The notes under the pieces: model-generated | Told to the model about the DNA's origin: nothing | Seen by the model: the letters and a program-made list of their open reading frames with translations, nothing else | Database searches by the model: none | In this document: in pieces, positions 1 through 10,368 of the stretch | Position numbering within the stretch: the first letter of the stretch is position 1 | How the letters are laid out: each line of letters begins with the position of its first letter | Made by a program: the position numbers and the translations under genes | Assembly (NCBI GenBank): GCA_944391615.1 | Contig: CALXUE010000002.1 | Span: 57,485 to 121,484 of the forward strand | Reading direction: 5' to 3' | Origin: an uncultured Alphaproteobacteria bacterium | GTDB taxonomy: Bacteria > Pseudomonadota > Alphaproteobacteria > RF32 > CAG-239 | Length of the DNA stretch: 64,000 bases

Positions 1-1
1 C

Positions 2-283
2 AAACCCAACCTCATTTTAACCTCTGCCACAAATAAAGAAGGTCTGGATAAATTTCTGCAAAAAGTTGAAGAAGAATTATCAGCCAACGAAACAGAATTA
101 AACATCAATATTCCTGTTGCTGAAGGAAAAATAATTGCTTGGCTGTATGAAAATGCCCGAGTTCAGCAAAAAGAATTAAAATCAAATTTCATCAAATTTA
201 CATGCAAAATTTCCAAAAAAAATTGTGCAAGGCTTGAACAACTGCTAAAAAAATACGGCCTTGCCCCAAGGACAAAGCCGTAA
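2..283 (+). CDS. hflX: GTPase HflX, C-terminal part (5' truncated by window)
   Basis: Manual frame-2 translation KPNLILTSATNKEGLDKFLQKVEEEL...GKIIAWLYENA..., G5-like SA motif plus HflX-like C-terminus; stop TAA 281-283. Confidence 0.6.
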   Translation, partial: KPNLILTSATNKEGLDKFLQKVEEELSANETELNINIPVAEGKIIAWLYENARVQQKELKSNFIKFTCKISKKNCARLEQLLKKYGLAPRTKP

Positions 284-301
284 ATAATTTCCTCAAATCA
301 A

Positions 302-829
302 TTATTCATGAGGGATTGGAGCCTCAGGCATTGGCGCATCGACCTCAGGTTGAGGCAAAGGAGCAGGTGCCACAATGTTGTGATGAGGTTTTGGCTCATG
401 CATTTTCATTGGTTCAGGTCTTATCATCAGTCTTTCATCAGCCATGGGAGCCGGTGATACCTCAGATTTAGGCAAAGGTGGCAAAACCTCAGGATTTTTA
501 GGGCAGGGGCGCTGCGGGCGCTTCATGTCTTCATCACGTTGAGAACGTTGCATATTTTCATCATAGCGGCCATGATGAGCTTTCATTTTTTTTGCCGGAC
601 AGTCAAAATTTTCATCGGCTTGCATCGCAGGACAACCAGTCATAGCGCATCCGTTGCATCCACAAGCAGCCATTCCAGGTTGATAGGGACAAGGATAAGC
701 CTGCATATAACCATGTTCCATCCAAGGTTGATGCATTCTATATGCCGGAGACAGCATTTTTCCGACCAATATACCGGCCAAAAACAATACCACTGCGGCA
801 ATAATCGTAAATAAAGCCTTTTTTTCCAT
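302..829 (-). CDS. Hypothetical membrane-anchored Cys/His/Met/Pro-rich protein
   Basis: 175-aa ORF with AGGAG RBS, N-terminal hydrophobic helix, CPY..CGCNGCAMTGCP cluster. Confidence 0.7.
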   Translation of the reverse strand: MEKKALFTIIAAVVLFLAGILVGKMLSPAYRMHQPWMEHGYMQAYPCPYQPGMAACGCNGCAMTGCPAMQADENFDCPAKKMKAHHGRYDENMQRSQRDEDMKRPQRPCPKNPEVLPPLPKSEVSPAPMADERLMIRPEPMKMHEPKPHHNIVAPAPLPQPEVDAPMPEAPIPHE

Positions 830-932
830 AAGAAAATACTCCTAAAATTTTTTTAACAACGGCACTATAAATCAAAAATCTAATGATTATATTAACAATC
901 GCTAATTTTTAATATAATTATAGGGAGTTGTT

Positions 933-1763
933 ATGTTAAATTTTGAACCCATTTCCATTGATAAAATGGAAGATTACATTAAATTATATAGTATCAACAA
1001 AGTGCAAAATCTATCTGCATCATTTTATTATATGTGGTTTCGGCGCAAAATCAGCAATTATCAGTGGGCGTTTGCAGATAATTTATGCTGGGTCCGATTC
1101 CAAAAAAATAACCAGTGGCAATATAGAGTACCGATAGGAGATGTTAACGAGCAAAAGATAGCCGCATTTTTTTCAACAAAAGATGCCTTGGAGCTGACCG
1201 ATATACCAGAAGAAACAGCATCAGAATTTGCCAAAACAAATAACTTCAGGTTTGAAGAAGATTCAGAAAAAATAGAATACATGTTTTCGAGTGAAAATCT
1301 AAAATCTCTTCCGGGAGAAAAATATCACCTGCGGCGTCAAAATTTAAAATATTTTAATTGGTATTATGATTACCGATTTGTACCGATACGGGCAAAATAC
1401 ATCAAGGAATTAAAACACTTCATAAAAGCCGAATTTGAAGGCCAAATAAACAAGCCCGAATTTCAGCAATCCCACCAATTATTAGATAACTGGAAAATAT
1501 TTCGGCAAAATTTGAGCGGTTATGTCTTGAGGGTCAATAAAAAAATCATCGGAGTAATAATAGGAGAAAAACAAAAAGACCAAGTTTTAATCCACTTGCA
1601 AAAAACGCATCCTGCATACAAAGGAGCCGCTGAAACCATAACCAAACTTTATCTGGAGCAAACACCGGAGGTCACTCAAACAAACTATGGTTTAATGAGC
1701 ATGGCCGAAATAAAAAAACAAAAACCGGAACAAAAATTGATAAAATTCAAATTACTTGCTTAA
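933..1763 (+). CDS. DUF2156 / phosphatidylglycerol lysyltransferase-like GNAT protein
   Basis: EYMF..LKSLPGEKYHLRRQNLKYF and IHLQKT..YKGA motifs. Confidence 0.7.
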   Translation: MLNFEPISIDKMEDYIKLYSINKVQNLSASFYYMWFRRKISNYQWAFADNLCWVRFQKNNQWQYRVPIGDVNEQKIAAFFSTKDALELTDIPEETASEFAKTNNFRFEEDSEKIEYMFSSENLKSLPGEKYHLRRQNLKYFNWYYDYRFVPIRAKYIKELKHFIKAEFEGQINKPEFQQSHQLLDNWKIFRQNLSGYVLRVNKKIIGVIIGEKQKDQVLIHLQKTHPAYKGAAETITKLYLEQTPEVTQTNYGLMSMAEIKKQKPEQKLIKFKLLA

Positions 1764-1770
1764 ATCAAAC

Positions 1771-1803
1771 AAAAAAAGCCGTGCAGAAAACAAGCACGGC
1801 TTT
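1771..1803. terminator. Bidirectional intrinsic terminator between convergent genes
   Basis: aaagccgtgc...gcacggcttt inverted repeat with A/T tails. Confidence 0.6.
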
Positions 1804-1809
1804 ATAACC

Positions 1810-2766
1810 TTATTTTTCCAAGGAAAACAGCGGATGAACAACACGCCTAACATTGGGCAACTTCAAAAAGTCATCCTGCATTTTTCGCAAATATTTCATA
1901 TTTGGTAATTGTGAATGAATCTTATTTATAAGATAGATGACAAATGCCTTAGAAAACCAAGGCAACAATTTGCTTTTGCGCACAAATTTCCAATAAGCAG
2001 ATACCGCTCGCTTATACATCAACCGTCTCGCAAAATCAGGCAATTGCGGATTATCTTGTAAACAATAACAATAAGCTAAAAAGCGGTCATTATCAAGTTG
2101 CAGCTTGTTTCCCGAAAAATTACCGATTTCTTTAGGAACCAAGACCACATCAGCATCCATTTTTACAATACCGTGAGCATAAATAGCCGCACGAATGGGA
2201 ATAGACTCATCTTGAATAAAAACTCTCTCATCCGCACCTTTGGCTTTTTTTAACACCTCGGTTTTAATAAGCTGCCCCATACGCGTAAAACGCCCATGCA
2301 AAACACCATCCAAAGCGTTTTCCCAATATGTATAAGAAAAGTCACCCATAGTCTCATTTTCCAAAAACTGGGGTTCTTTTCCGGTTTTAACAAAACAGCC
2401 ATACACCATATCAGCATTAATTTCTTCAGCAAGATCTAACATTTTTCGAGTTGAATCAATAGGAAAAATATCATCAGAATCAAGCATTCGCACATATTTT
2501 CCATGAGCCAAAGCAATGCCTTGATTGATACGCGGACTAATACCGCGATTGTCTTTATTTTCCGCCAAAATAACGTTAGGAACGTTGCGTGTAAATTTTT
2601 TTATAATATCAACGGATTTATCCGTAGATAAATCATCAATAAAAATAAATTCAGGATTCTCCAATCCGACTTGTCCTAACAAAGCTTTAAGCACCGAGGG
2701 CAAATAATACTCTTTGTTATAAACCGTCATAACAAAACTGACATCAATATTTTTTTTATCAGACAA
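1810..2766 (-). CDS. Glycosyltransferase family 2
   Basis: VSFVMTVYN, FIDDLSTD, LDSDD (DxD) motifs. Confidence 0.85.
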   Translation of the reverse strand: MSDKKNIDVSFVMTVYNKEYYLPSVLKALLGQVGLENPEFIFIDDLSTDKSVDIIKKFTRNVPNVILAENKDNRGISPRINQGIALAHGKYVRMLDSDDIFPIDSTRKMLDLAEEINADMVYGCFVKTGKEPQFLENETMGDFSYTYWENALDGVLHGRFTRMGQLIKTEVLKKAKGADERVFIQDESIPIRAAIYAHGIVKMDADVVLVPKEIGNFSGNKLQLDNDRFLAYCYCLQDNPQLPDFARRLMYKRAVSAYWKFVRKSKLLPWFSKAFVIYLINKIHSQLPNMKYLRKMQDDFLKLPNVRRVVHPLFSLEK

Positions 2767-2786
2767 AATACATCTCCGTAAAAAAA

Positions 2787-3857
2787 TTATAAAGATTGCG
2801 GCACAAGAGATTCTGAATCATCCTCAAACATAATCAACTGATTAGGCTGCCCGTCATCTAAGGAAGATTCGCCGTCTATATTTTGTGGAGAATTTACATC
2901 ATTCCCATTGTCACCAGAAACAACGTTGTTGTCAGCAGATATTTGCTTGTCAGTTGTTTGTACTGTTCCCAAATCCGGCAAAACAACATCAACAGGTTCA
3001 TTGTCAGTAATATCAGAGCTGCCATCATCGGTATTATCTGAACGATAAAGCACGGCATCAGAGGAGTCAGGCTTGATGAGTGATTCAGGTCCAATTTGTT
3101 GTCCATCAGCAGATTTTGGTGCCGGTTCAGTCGTAAAAATAACCAGATTTTTATTTCCGTCCGCATCAGATTCGTCATTTTCATAAGCAGCCTCAGTTTC
3201 AAACACAGTGTCACCGCGTTTGGGGGCAGGGGCTGTGTCTTTGACATTGGTTGAAGCTTGACTTTCAGCATTGTTTTGAGGTACTTTTTCATCAGAAGAA
3301 ATCTCTTTTTGAGACAAAGACGAACTTTCCTCATCTTGAAGTAAATCATTCTTCGTTGCATTGTCTTGAGAAATATCTGCATTTTCAGACAAAAGATTGC
3401 TTTGTTCCGGAAGTTGTTCTGCCATAACAATTTCATCGCGTACAGCTAATTCCTCAGCACTTAACAGCTTTGAAGTGTCGACTTGAGTATTTTCACATTG
3501 CAGCAACCACACATCATAAATCGGGTGGGCAACTGCGTGCAAAGCAGGGGAAGAAGAAACCATCCACCCCTTAAAGATATTCACTTCAGAGCCATCTTCA
3601 TGCTTATCGACCACATCAACAAAAGCAAAATTATCAGGTGTTTCCTCCGGTGGACGTGTTTTACAAGCTCTGACCACGATCGAAAAACTGCCAAACTTGA
3701 CCTCACCGTTAACGGGAGCTTCAAGGACACTGACTTTTCCGGTTAATTTGTTCATCGCCTGTAACTTAGCCGTGTTGGTGTCAATCTCACGAGCATAAAG
3801 ATTGGAAGCAGAAGACAAAAGCACCAAAGTTAAAGCAAATAAAAACTTATTTTTCAT
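2787..3857 (-). CDS. DUF2155 domain protein with long acidic C-terminal tail
   Basis: Signal peptide; NKLTGK, VRACKTRPPEE, FKGWMVSSSPALHAVAHPIYDVWLLQC. Confidence 0.8.
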   Translation of the reverse strand: MKNKFLFALTLVLLSSASNLYAREIDTNTAKLQAMNKLTGKVSVLEAPVNGEVKFGSFSIVVRACKTRPPEETPDNFAFVDVVDKHEDGSEVNIFKGWMVSSSPALHAVAHPIYDVWLLQCENTQVDTSKLLSAEELAVRDEIVMAEQLPEQSNLLSENADISQDNATKNDLLQDEESSSLSQKEISSDEKVPQNNAESQASTNVKDTAPAPKRGDTVFETEAAYENDESDADGNKNLVIFTTEPAPKSADGQQIGPESLIKPDSSDAVLYRSDNTDDGSSDITDNEPVDVVLPDLGTVQTTDKQISADNNVVSGDNGNDVNSPQNIDGESSLDDGQPNQLIMFEDDSESLVPQSL

Positions 3858-4314
3858 CCGTTTTCTCACCGCTGTCCGTAACCATAAAGATAATTTCACC
3901 GACCATATCTTCAATGGTCTTAAAATCTTTAACATTTGTGATAACATCACCGTTTTTCAACAATTCTTTATCATGTCCAGGCTCAATTTTAATAAATTTA
4001 TCACCGATAAGACCATCACCGACAATAGCCGCCACGCTGTCTTTAGGCAATTTAACATCGGGAGCGATACTCATAACAATTTCGGCATCATAATTTTCAT
4101 TATCAAGCTTTTGAGAAATAACTGTACCGACTTTAATCCCATTAATTCTAACATCGGAACCGACATTAAGCCCGCCGACTTTCAAAAATCTGGCCGTAAC
4201 TTCATATCCCTTAACGACTTGCAAATCAGAAACCTTATAAGCAAAATAAAGAAAGAAAGCCGCCACAACGAGCACCACAACACCCATAATAGTTTCCATA
4301 GGTCTTTTATTCAT
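3847..4314 (-). CDS. mlaD: MlaD/MCE family protein
   Basis: GGLNVGSDVRINGIKVG and DGLIGDKFIKIEPG motifs. Confidence 0.85.
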   Translation of the reverse strand: MNKRPMETIMGVVVLVVAAFFLYFAYKVSDLQVVKGYEVTARFLKVGGLNVGSDVRINGIKVGTVISQKLDNENYDAEIVMSIAPDVKLPKDSVAAIVGDGLIGDKFIKIEPGHDKELLKNGDVITNVKDFKTIEDMVGEIIFMVTDSGEKTDEK

Positions 4315-4337
4315 CACACATTTCCTTCCAAAAAAAA

Positions 4338-4817
4338 TTATTTTTTCTGATTAGCTTTACCGATAGAGATAATTCTGTCAATAAGCTCTTCAATCACAAG
4401 CGCATCTTGAGTATAAGAGATAATACCGCCGGGCTGGATATAATCAGGAGACCCACCTGGTTCGATTTCAATATACTTATTACCCATCAAACCGGAACTG
4501 ACAATCGAAGCACTGCTGTCATCCGGAATAAGCACATCATCGCGTACATTTAGCGTCATAATGGCATTAAAATGTTCATCAAGCTTGGCATCAACCACTT
4601 GACCGACAGTCATTCCGGCCAATCTGACTTTATCTCCGACGAGCAAACCATCCGTTCGCCCGAAGCGAGCCGTAATTTCATAAAAATGACCATCATCAAG
4701 TTCTGCGGAAGTTTTTTTACTAAAAAAAGTAAGCACCCCGATAACAAAGATGGCAAGCGCGGCATACAAGCCGATTTTTAAAGAATAAGTTTCTTCTTTA
4801 GAATAAGATTCTGGCAA
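4338..4817 (-). CDS. mlaD: MlaD/MCE family protein (tandem paralog)
   Basis: DGLLVGDKVRLAGMTVG, SGLMGNKYIEIEPGG; start uncertain (TTG). Confidence 0.8.
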   Translation of the reverse strand: MPESYSKEETYSLKIGLYAALAIFVIGVLTFFSKKTSAELDDGHFYEITARFGRTDGLLVGDKVRLAGMTVGQVVDAKLDEHFNAIMTLNVRDDVLIPDDSSASIVSSGLMGNKYIEIEPGGSPDYIQPGGIISYTQDALVIEELIDRIISIGKANQKK

Positions 4818-4971
4818 TTTACAGTCTCCTTAAAAAGCAAACATTTTATATATTGATAGAATAAAATAAACATTTTGTCACCAATCTTTTTAAAAAATAA
4901 AAAAAATGTTAAAATTTAAAAATAATCAGCTAAAATACAAAAATAAGTAATGGAGTTTCGGAAGAACAAAA

Positions 4972-5694
4972 ATGATAACAATCAAGGGATTATCAAAACA
5001 ATTTGGCCCAATAAAAGCACTAGAAGACATAAATTTCAGTGTAAGTCGAGGTGAAATTTTAGCACTTTTAGGTCCGAACGGAGCCGGAAAAACGACACTG
5101 ATTCGCCTTTTAACGGGACTTTTATCCCCAAGCCAAGGTGAAATATATTATGATGATGAAAAATTATCCCAAAACAGAGTCGCAATCTTAAACCACATAG
5201 GTTATATTCCGGAAAATGCACCTTTATATAATGATATGAGTGTATACGAATTTTTAAGATTCGCCGCCCGATTGCATAAAATGAATGACCGCCAAATAGC
5301 CGAAAAACAAACAGATTTAGTACGCACACTTGAGTTGCAAGATGTCATCAATCGCCGCATCGGAGAATTATCCAAAGGTTATCGCCACCGCGTAGCCATC
5401 GCGGGGGCAACCATACATTCTCCGAATATTCTGATTTTGGATGAGCCATCCGAAGGACTTGATCCAAACCAAAAATATGCTTTGCGCCAATTTCTGAAAA
5501 GATTTTCGACCCAAGGCATTGTCATTATGTCAACGCATATTTTGGAAGATGTCGAAGCCATAGCCAGCCGCATAATATTGCTCAACCACGGAAAAATCAT
5601 AGAAGACAGCACCCCGTTTCAATTACGCTACCGCATGCCGGAAAGAGATTTATCAACTGTTTTCCGGCGTCTGACCCAAACCAAAAAACAATAA
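4972..5694 (+). CDS. ABC transporter ATP-binding protein (GldA-like)
   Basis: GPNGAGKT Walker A, LSKGY signature, LILDEP Walker B. Confidence 0.9.
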   Translation: MITIKGLSKQFGPIKALEDINFSVSRGEILALLGPNGAGKTTLIRLLTGLLSPSQGEIYYDDEKLSQNRVAILNHIGYIPENAPLYNDMSVYEFLRFAARLHKMNDRQIAEKQTDLVRTLELQDVINRRIGELSKGYRHRVAIAGATIHSPNILILDEPSEGLDPNQKYALRQFLKRFSTQGIVIMSTHILEDVEAIASRIILLNHGKIIEDSTPFQLRYRMPERDLSTVFRRLTQTKKQ

Positions 5695-5703
5695 CGGAAA
5701 AAC

Positions 5704-6393
5704 ATGATTTCGCAGTTAAAAACCATATTTGCCAAAGAGTTTTATAGCTATTTTAGCAACATCAGCGCCTATTTTGCCGTTGGTGTATATGTTATTTTAA
5801 CTTTAGCCTCAGCTTTTTACTTTGGAGATTTTTTTAAAATAGACAATTCAAATCTCATATCTTTATTCGGTTCCCAACCGGAAATTTTGTCTTTGTTAAT
5901 ACCTGCAATCTGTATGCCGCTATGGAGTGAAGAATATCGCAGCGGAACCATAGAATTTTTATTAACACAACCGGTGGAATATCGTGTTTTGATAATCGGA
6001 AAATATTTAGCATCGGTCGCATTCTGTTTTATAATGCTTTTTCTGACATTGCCGATATTTATAACCACAGCCATATATATCGGAGTAAATCTAGGCACGG
6101 TCATGTGCGGATATTTTGGTATTTTGCTTACAATTTTGGTATTTGCGGCACTTTGCAATCTAATGTCCTTATTGTCATCACGCCCGTTGATAGCTTATCT
6201 TGCAGGATTTTTGGTTATACGTGTGCTTATGTCCTTCAAATTTGAACATTTATCAGGCCTAAGTTTTGAACAAAATTATCAAAACATCATAACCGGCCGC
6301 ATAAGCTTGTCATCATTCATATATTTTGCAAGCATTATTATATTGATTCTGTGGTCGGAAATAGCTTGCTTGACCAGTCAAAAAAAGAATTAA
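5704..6393 (+). CDS. ABC-2 permease (GldF-like)
   Basis: KEFYSYF, WSEEYRSGTIEFLLTQP, multiple TM helices. Confidence 0.85.
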   Translation: MISQLKTIFAKEFYSYFSNISAYFAVGVYVILTLASAFYFGDFFKIDNSNLISLFGSQPEILSLLIPAICMPLWSEEYRSGTIEFLLTQPVEYRVLIIGKYLASVAFCFIMLFLTLPIFITTAIYIGVNLGTVMCGYFGILLTILVFAALCNLMSLLSSRPLIAYLAGFLVIRVLMSFKFEHLSGLSFEQNYQNIITGRISLSSFIYFASIIILILWSEIACLTSQKKN

Positions 6394-6407
6394 ACGGAGA
6401 AAACAAA

Positions 6408-8246
6408 ATGAAAAAACATCTCAAAAACATCATATTTTTTCTGCTTGTTTTAGCTTCATTTATATGCATAAACTATGCCGCCACCACATTGTGGGAAGAA
6501 AGTTATGTAGACCTAAGCACCAACAAAAGCTACACATTGTCTTCGGCCACAAAAAACATCATCAATAATTTGCAGGGCGAACAAACCATTGACCTCTACC
6601 AATCAACAGAAATAGCTCGTGATTATCCGCAAACGGCACAATACGCTGAATACATTAAAGATTTACTCCAACGATACGCCAAGCAATCATCAGGAAAAAT
6701 CAATTTAAACATCATAAAAGTCAAGCCATTTTCTGAAGAAGAAAAAAGCGCCTTTGCCAACGGGCTGAAAGCTTTTTCTGATGCCCAAAAAAAGATAAAT
6801 TTGTTTTTCGGCGCCGTCATTTATAACAGCAACGGAGAAAAACGCGTTATACCAAACTTTGTTGAATATCGCAGAGCATACGCTGAAAAAGACATTTCAG
6901 AAAACATCTACTGGCTCGACAAAGGCGGTAAAAGAGCCAAAATCGGTTTAATAGCACCGGATATAGACCTCAAATACAGCACAACCGGCTTGTTGGATAA
7001 AAACACAAACCTCAATATCTTCAACAAATTATCGGCAGAATATGATATCCAGCCCATTTCAGAATATGCGGTACAAATCGGCGTAGATATAAATACTTTA
7101 ATTGTCATCAATCCTGCGCACAGCTTTGCCCAAATAGGTCAGTATGCACTGGACCAGTTTTTACTGCGTGGCGGCAATTTAATCATCTTTGTAGATGCCG
7201 TAAACGAAAAAACACATCAAGTTAACAATGATGAAGGACTTAACAAACTTCTCAACCATTGGGGTATAAAATATACTTCAGCTCAAACAATAGGAAATAT
7301 AGATTACGCTGAAGATATTATATTAAATAATAAAATCACCAAATATCAACCATGGATGTCCCTAACACCGACAGCCTTCAATCAGGATTCGGACTTAATG
7401 CGAGGCTTAAACATCATTCGAACAAAATCACCGGCAGGATTAGAAATTATATCAAAAAATCGACAATCAGTTAAAGTAACCCCGTTGATAAGCCTAAATA
7501 AGCATAATGAAGTGGTCGACAGTACGCTTGTGGTAAAAAATTATAAGATGCTTGTACCACAAGAGCTAAAAACCACGGACCAAAAATACAACATAGCCTT
7601 GTTACTTGAGGGAAAATTCAGTTCAATGTTTACCCAAAACATAATGGAAGGCACAAAAGTTGCCCCCCAAATGCTGCCGTTTTTGCCACAATCTATGGAA
7701 CAGGGAAGGGTGTTTGTTATATCAGACATTGATATATTGTGGGATGAAAATTATGTTGATACCAGCTTTGCAGGGCAAAATGCTGTTTACGGCTCCGTTC
7801 CGTGGGCCAATAACGGCGATTTGATAGAACACATTGTTAATATGGTAAATAATGATAATAAACTTTTAGGTCTGACCTCAAAACCCATTCTACCGCCCAA
7901 AGGTTTAGAATACCAATTTATGCAAGAAGCCCAAAAACACTACGCACCACAAATAAATACATTGGAAGAAAGATTACAACAATACCAAAAGCAACAAAAT
8001 AATTACAATAGTCAAGATACTTCATTGGGTGACATTCAACAACAAAAACAGTTGGCAGAAAACATAACCCAAACGCAACAACAACTTCAACAAATAAATT
8101 ATCAAATAGATAGAATGCAAAATGCCAAAAAACGCAACTTTGTCATTCTGAACATCGTCTTGATTTTGATATTACTAACAGCACTTGCTGCAAAATTTAA
8201 GTCTGCCCAAAAGAGCAGAAAATTTATGCCGACAGGAGAAAAATAA
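6408..8246 (+). CDS. GldG-family ABC auxiliary protein
   Basis: DLSTNKSYTLS, ALDQFLLRGGNLIIFVD; GGAG RBS before ATG 6408. Confidence 0.8.
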   Translation: MKKHLKNIIFFLLVLASFICINYAATTLWEESYVDLSTNKSYTLSSATKNIINNLQGEQTIDLYQSTEIARDYPQTAQYAEYIKDLLQRYAKQSSGKINLNIIKVKPFSEEEKSAFANGLKAFSDAQKKINLFFGAVIYNSNGEKRVIPNFVEYRRAYAEKDISENIYWLDKGGKRAKIGLIAPDIDLKYSTTGLLDKNTNLNIFNKLSAEYDIQPISEYAVQIGVDINTLIVINPAHSFAQIGQYALDQFLLRGGNLIIFVDAVNEKTHQVNNDEGLNKLLNHWGIKYTSAQTIGNIDYAEDIILNNKITKYQPWMSLTPTAFNQDSDLMRGLNIIRTKSPAGLEIISKNRQSVKVTPLISLNKHNEVVDSTLVVKNYKMLVPQELKTTDQKYNIALLLEGKFSSMFTQNIMEGTKVAPQMLPFLPQSMEQGRVFVISDIDILWDENYVDTSFAGQNAVYGSVPWANNGDLIEHIVNMVNNDNKLLGLTSKPILPPKGLEYQFMQEAQKHYAPQINTLEERLQQYQKQQNNYNSQDTSLGDIQQQKQLAENITQTQQQLQQINYQIDRMQNAKKRNFVILNIVLILILLTALAAKFKSAQKSRKFMPTGEK

Positions 8247-9182
8247 ATGCAGTCAAAATACATAAAACAAGCCTTTGTTCTTTTTATATTTTCACTTTTG
8301 GCGGCTATCGGAACGTATGTGATAAACGAGCAAAAACAGCCGGAAAACATTCAAGGCGAACGCGTGTTTAAAACAAATACACAAAACGCAGCCACCATAG
8401 AACTGCGCGCTCCAAACTTTAAAATAACCCTAGATAAAATAGACAATCTCTGGAGCATACGCGAAGCCGATTCTTATTACGCGGATTATGAAATAGTCAA
8501 AAGTTTAGAAGACTTTATCAATAAAGCAAAAATATTAAAAAAAGCCCCAATAAACAAAGCTGAAGAAAAGCATCGCTACCAAAACGGCCTTGAGATTAAC
8601 ATCTACAATGCCAATCAAGAAAAACAAGACAGCATCATCTTGAGTCTGCAAGAAAAAATAGCCAATAACATATCCGCCAAAATTCAGGGAAAAACCGGAA
8701 ACTTTATCATAGAAATGCCAAGAGTTTTACCTTTGAATATAAAGAATTGGCTTCAGCAACCCCTTCTGAATATTAAAACAGAAGATATAGAAAAGATATC
8801 AATTAATAACCTAAGCGCTACCCGCCGACAGGGAGAAGACTTTTTCAGAACCGATAATGGTAAATTATATAGCATTCGCAACATTGAAAAAATTTTAAAT
8901 TATTTACCATTTGAAGATGTCAAATCGGCCCAAAATTTTGATGAAACGCAATATACAGCATTGAAAACTTACAAAATCACCACGAAATCAGGCCTGATTT
9001 ATGATTTGACACTATACGGCAAGAATTCCGAAATTTGGTTAAAAGAAAAAATTAGCACGACAACTCTTCCAACCACGCAAACCAGTGATTATATAAAGAG
9101 GAACGAATTTTTATATAACTATTGGTACTTCAAACTACCGCCCGAATTAGGCAGCAGCTTGATACGCGAGAGGCTGGAATAA
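8247..9182 (+). CDS. DUF4340-like periplasmic protein
   Basis: N-terminal TM, fourth gene of a gldAFG-like operon, W..(Y)YAD and W.FKLP motifs. Confidence 0.55.
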   Translation: MQSKYIKQAFVLFIFSLLAAIGTYVINEQKQPENIQGERVFKTNTQNAATIELRAPNFKITLDKIDNLWSIREADSYYADYEIVKSLEDFINKAKILKKAPINKAEEKHRYQNGLEINIYNANQEKQDSIILSLQEKIANNISAKIQGKTGNFIIEMPRVLPLNIKNWLQQPLLNIKTEDIEKISINNLSATRRQGEDFFRTDNGKLYSIRNIEKILNYLPFEDVKSAQNFDETQYTALKTYKITTKSGLIYDLTLYGKNSEIWLKEKISTTTLPTTQTSDYIKRNEFLYNYWYFKLPPELGSSLIRERLE

Positions 9183-9185
9183 ATA

Positions 9186-9908
9186 ATGAAGGAAATAAAA
9201 AGAAAATATAGAAGATTATTAAGAGAATTAAAAGAATGTGAAAAAATAAGTAATTCAAAAACATATTTTCTAGCACAAGCGGTGCATGACTTACGCCAAC
9301 CTTTACAGGCTTTACACATATATAGCGATATGTTGCTGGAAACACCACTAAATCCGGAACAAAGAGAATTAGGTGAACGCATTCAAGATTCCACTTCAGA
9401 AATAAAAGAACTTTTGGCAAATTATCTAGATATTTCAAAATTGGATTATGGCGGGGTTATCTATGAACCTTGCGAATTTAGCTTTAAAACCTTAACCGAT
9501 AAATTGGCACAAGAATACAAAACAATTTGCTCACATCATCATAAGAGTTTTCATTATATACCCTGCAATCAAATGATACATAATGACCCGATATTAATAG
9601 AGCGCATGCTGCGCAACTTTTTGAGTAATGCCGTAAAATTCAGTAAGGACAAGGTAATGTTTGGCTGCAGGCATCAAGGAAAAAAGATTATCGTTCAAAT
9701 AATAGATAACGGAAACGGAATTTCAAAAAAAGAGCTGCCATACATTTTTGATGAGTTTTACCAAAGCCGAAAAAATCCACATAATCGTAAACATGGCGCG
9801 GGACTAGGTCTGGCCATAGCAAAAAAAATAGCCGATATAATCGGCTCAAAAATAAAAGTAACCTCAACAGAAGGACAAGGAACAACTTTCAGCTTTAGTC
9901 TGGAGTAG
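9186..9908 (+). CDS. Histidine kinase (HisKA + HATPase_c) lacking a sensor/TM region
   Basis: HDLRQPL H-box, NFLSNAVKF, DNGNGI, GAGLGLAI. Confidence 0.9.
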   Translation: MKEIKRKYRRLLRELKECEKISNSKTYFLAQAVHDLRQPLQALHIYSDMLLETPLNPEQRELGERIQDSTSEIKELLANYLDISKLDYGGVIYEPCEFSFKTLTDKLAQEYKTICSHHHKSFHYIPCNQMIHNDPILIERMLRNFLSNAVKFSKDKVMFGCRHQGKKIIVQIIDNGNGISKKELPYIFDEFYQSRKNPHNRKHGAGLGLAIAKKIADIIGSKIKVTSTEGQGTTFSFSLE

Positions 9909-10353
9909 ACTTTTTATTTTCTTGAAGAATTTTAATATAATCATAGTGCTGTCTGGCCAAATCAAGCAAGCAGCGTTGCGTATTATAGTAAGAAGTACCC
10001 AAATATCCTTCCATAGAAAAAGCATATAAAGAACAATATTCATCACGATATTTGCGCCAATCATCATATAGATTTTTCAAATTACCGCGGAACATGCCCG
10101 AGCCCTTATTCCAAGCATTAAACATTTCATCGTTAGCCAAACTTTGATAAGCATAATCAATAAGTTTTTCAACTCGCAAATTTTCCTTAGCCATACATTC
10201 AGCCAAAGCATCATCACCAATAAGAGAGGCCTTTTGCTGACATTTTTTAAAATCAAAACCTTCCTCAAGCTGCAATGACTGATTCTGAGCAAACGCCCCG
10301 ACAGAAAAAAGACCAGCAGCCAAAGCAAGAGAAAAAAGAAAAGATTTATTCAT
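9895..10353 (-). CDS. LprI/DUF1311-like secreted protein
   Basis: Signal peptide, C...C..E...YQSL...WRKYRDEYC...C pattern. Confidence 0.65.
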   Translation of the reverse strand: MNKSFLFSLALAAGLFSVGAFAQNQSLQLEEGFDFKKCQQKASLIGDDALAECMAKENLRVEKLIDYAYQSLANDEMFNAWNKGSGMFRGNLKNLYDDWRKYRDEYCSLYAFSMEGYLGTSYYNTQRCLLDLARQHYDYIKILQENKKSTPD

Positions 10354-10368
10354 GATTGAGCTCCACGA

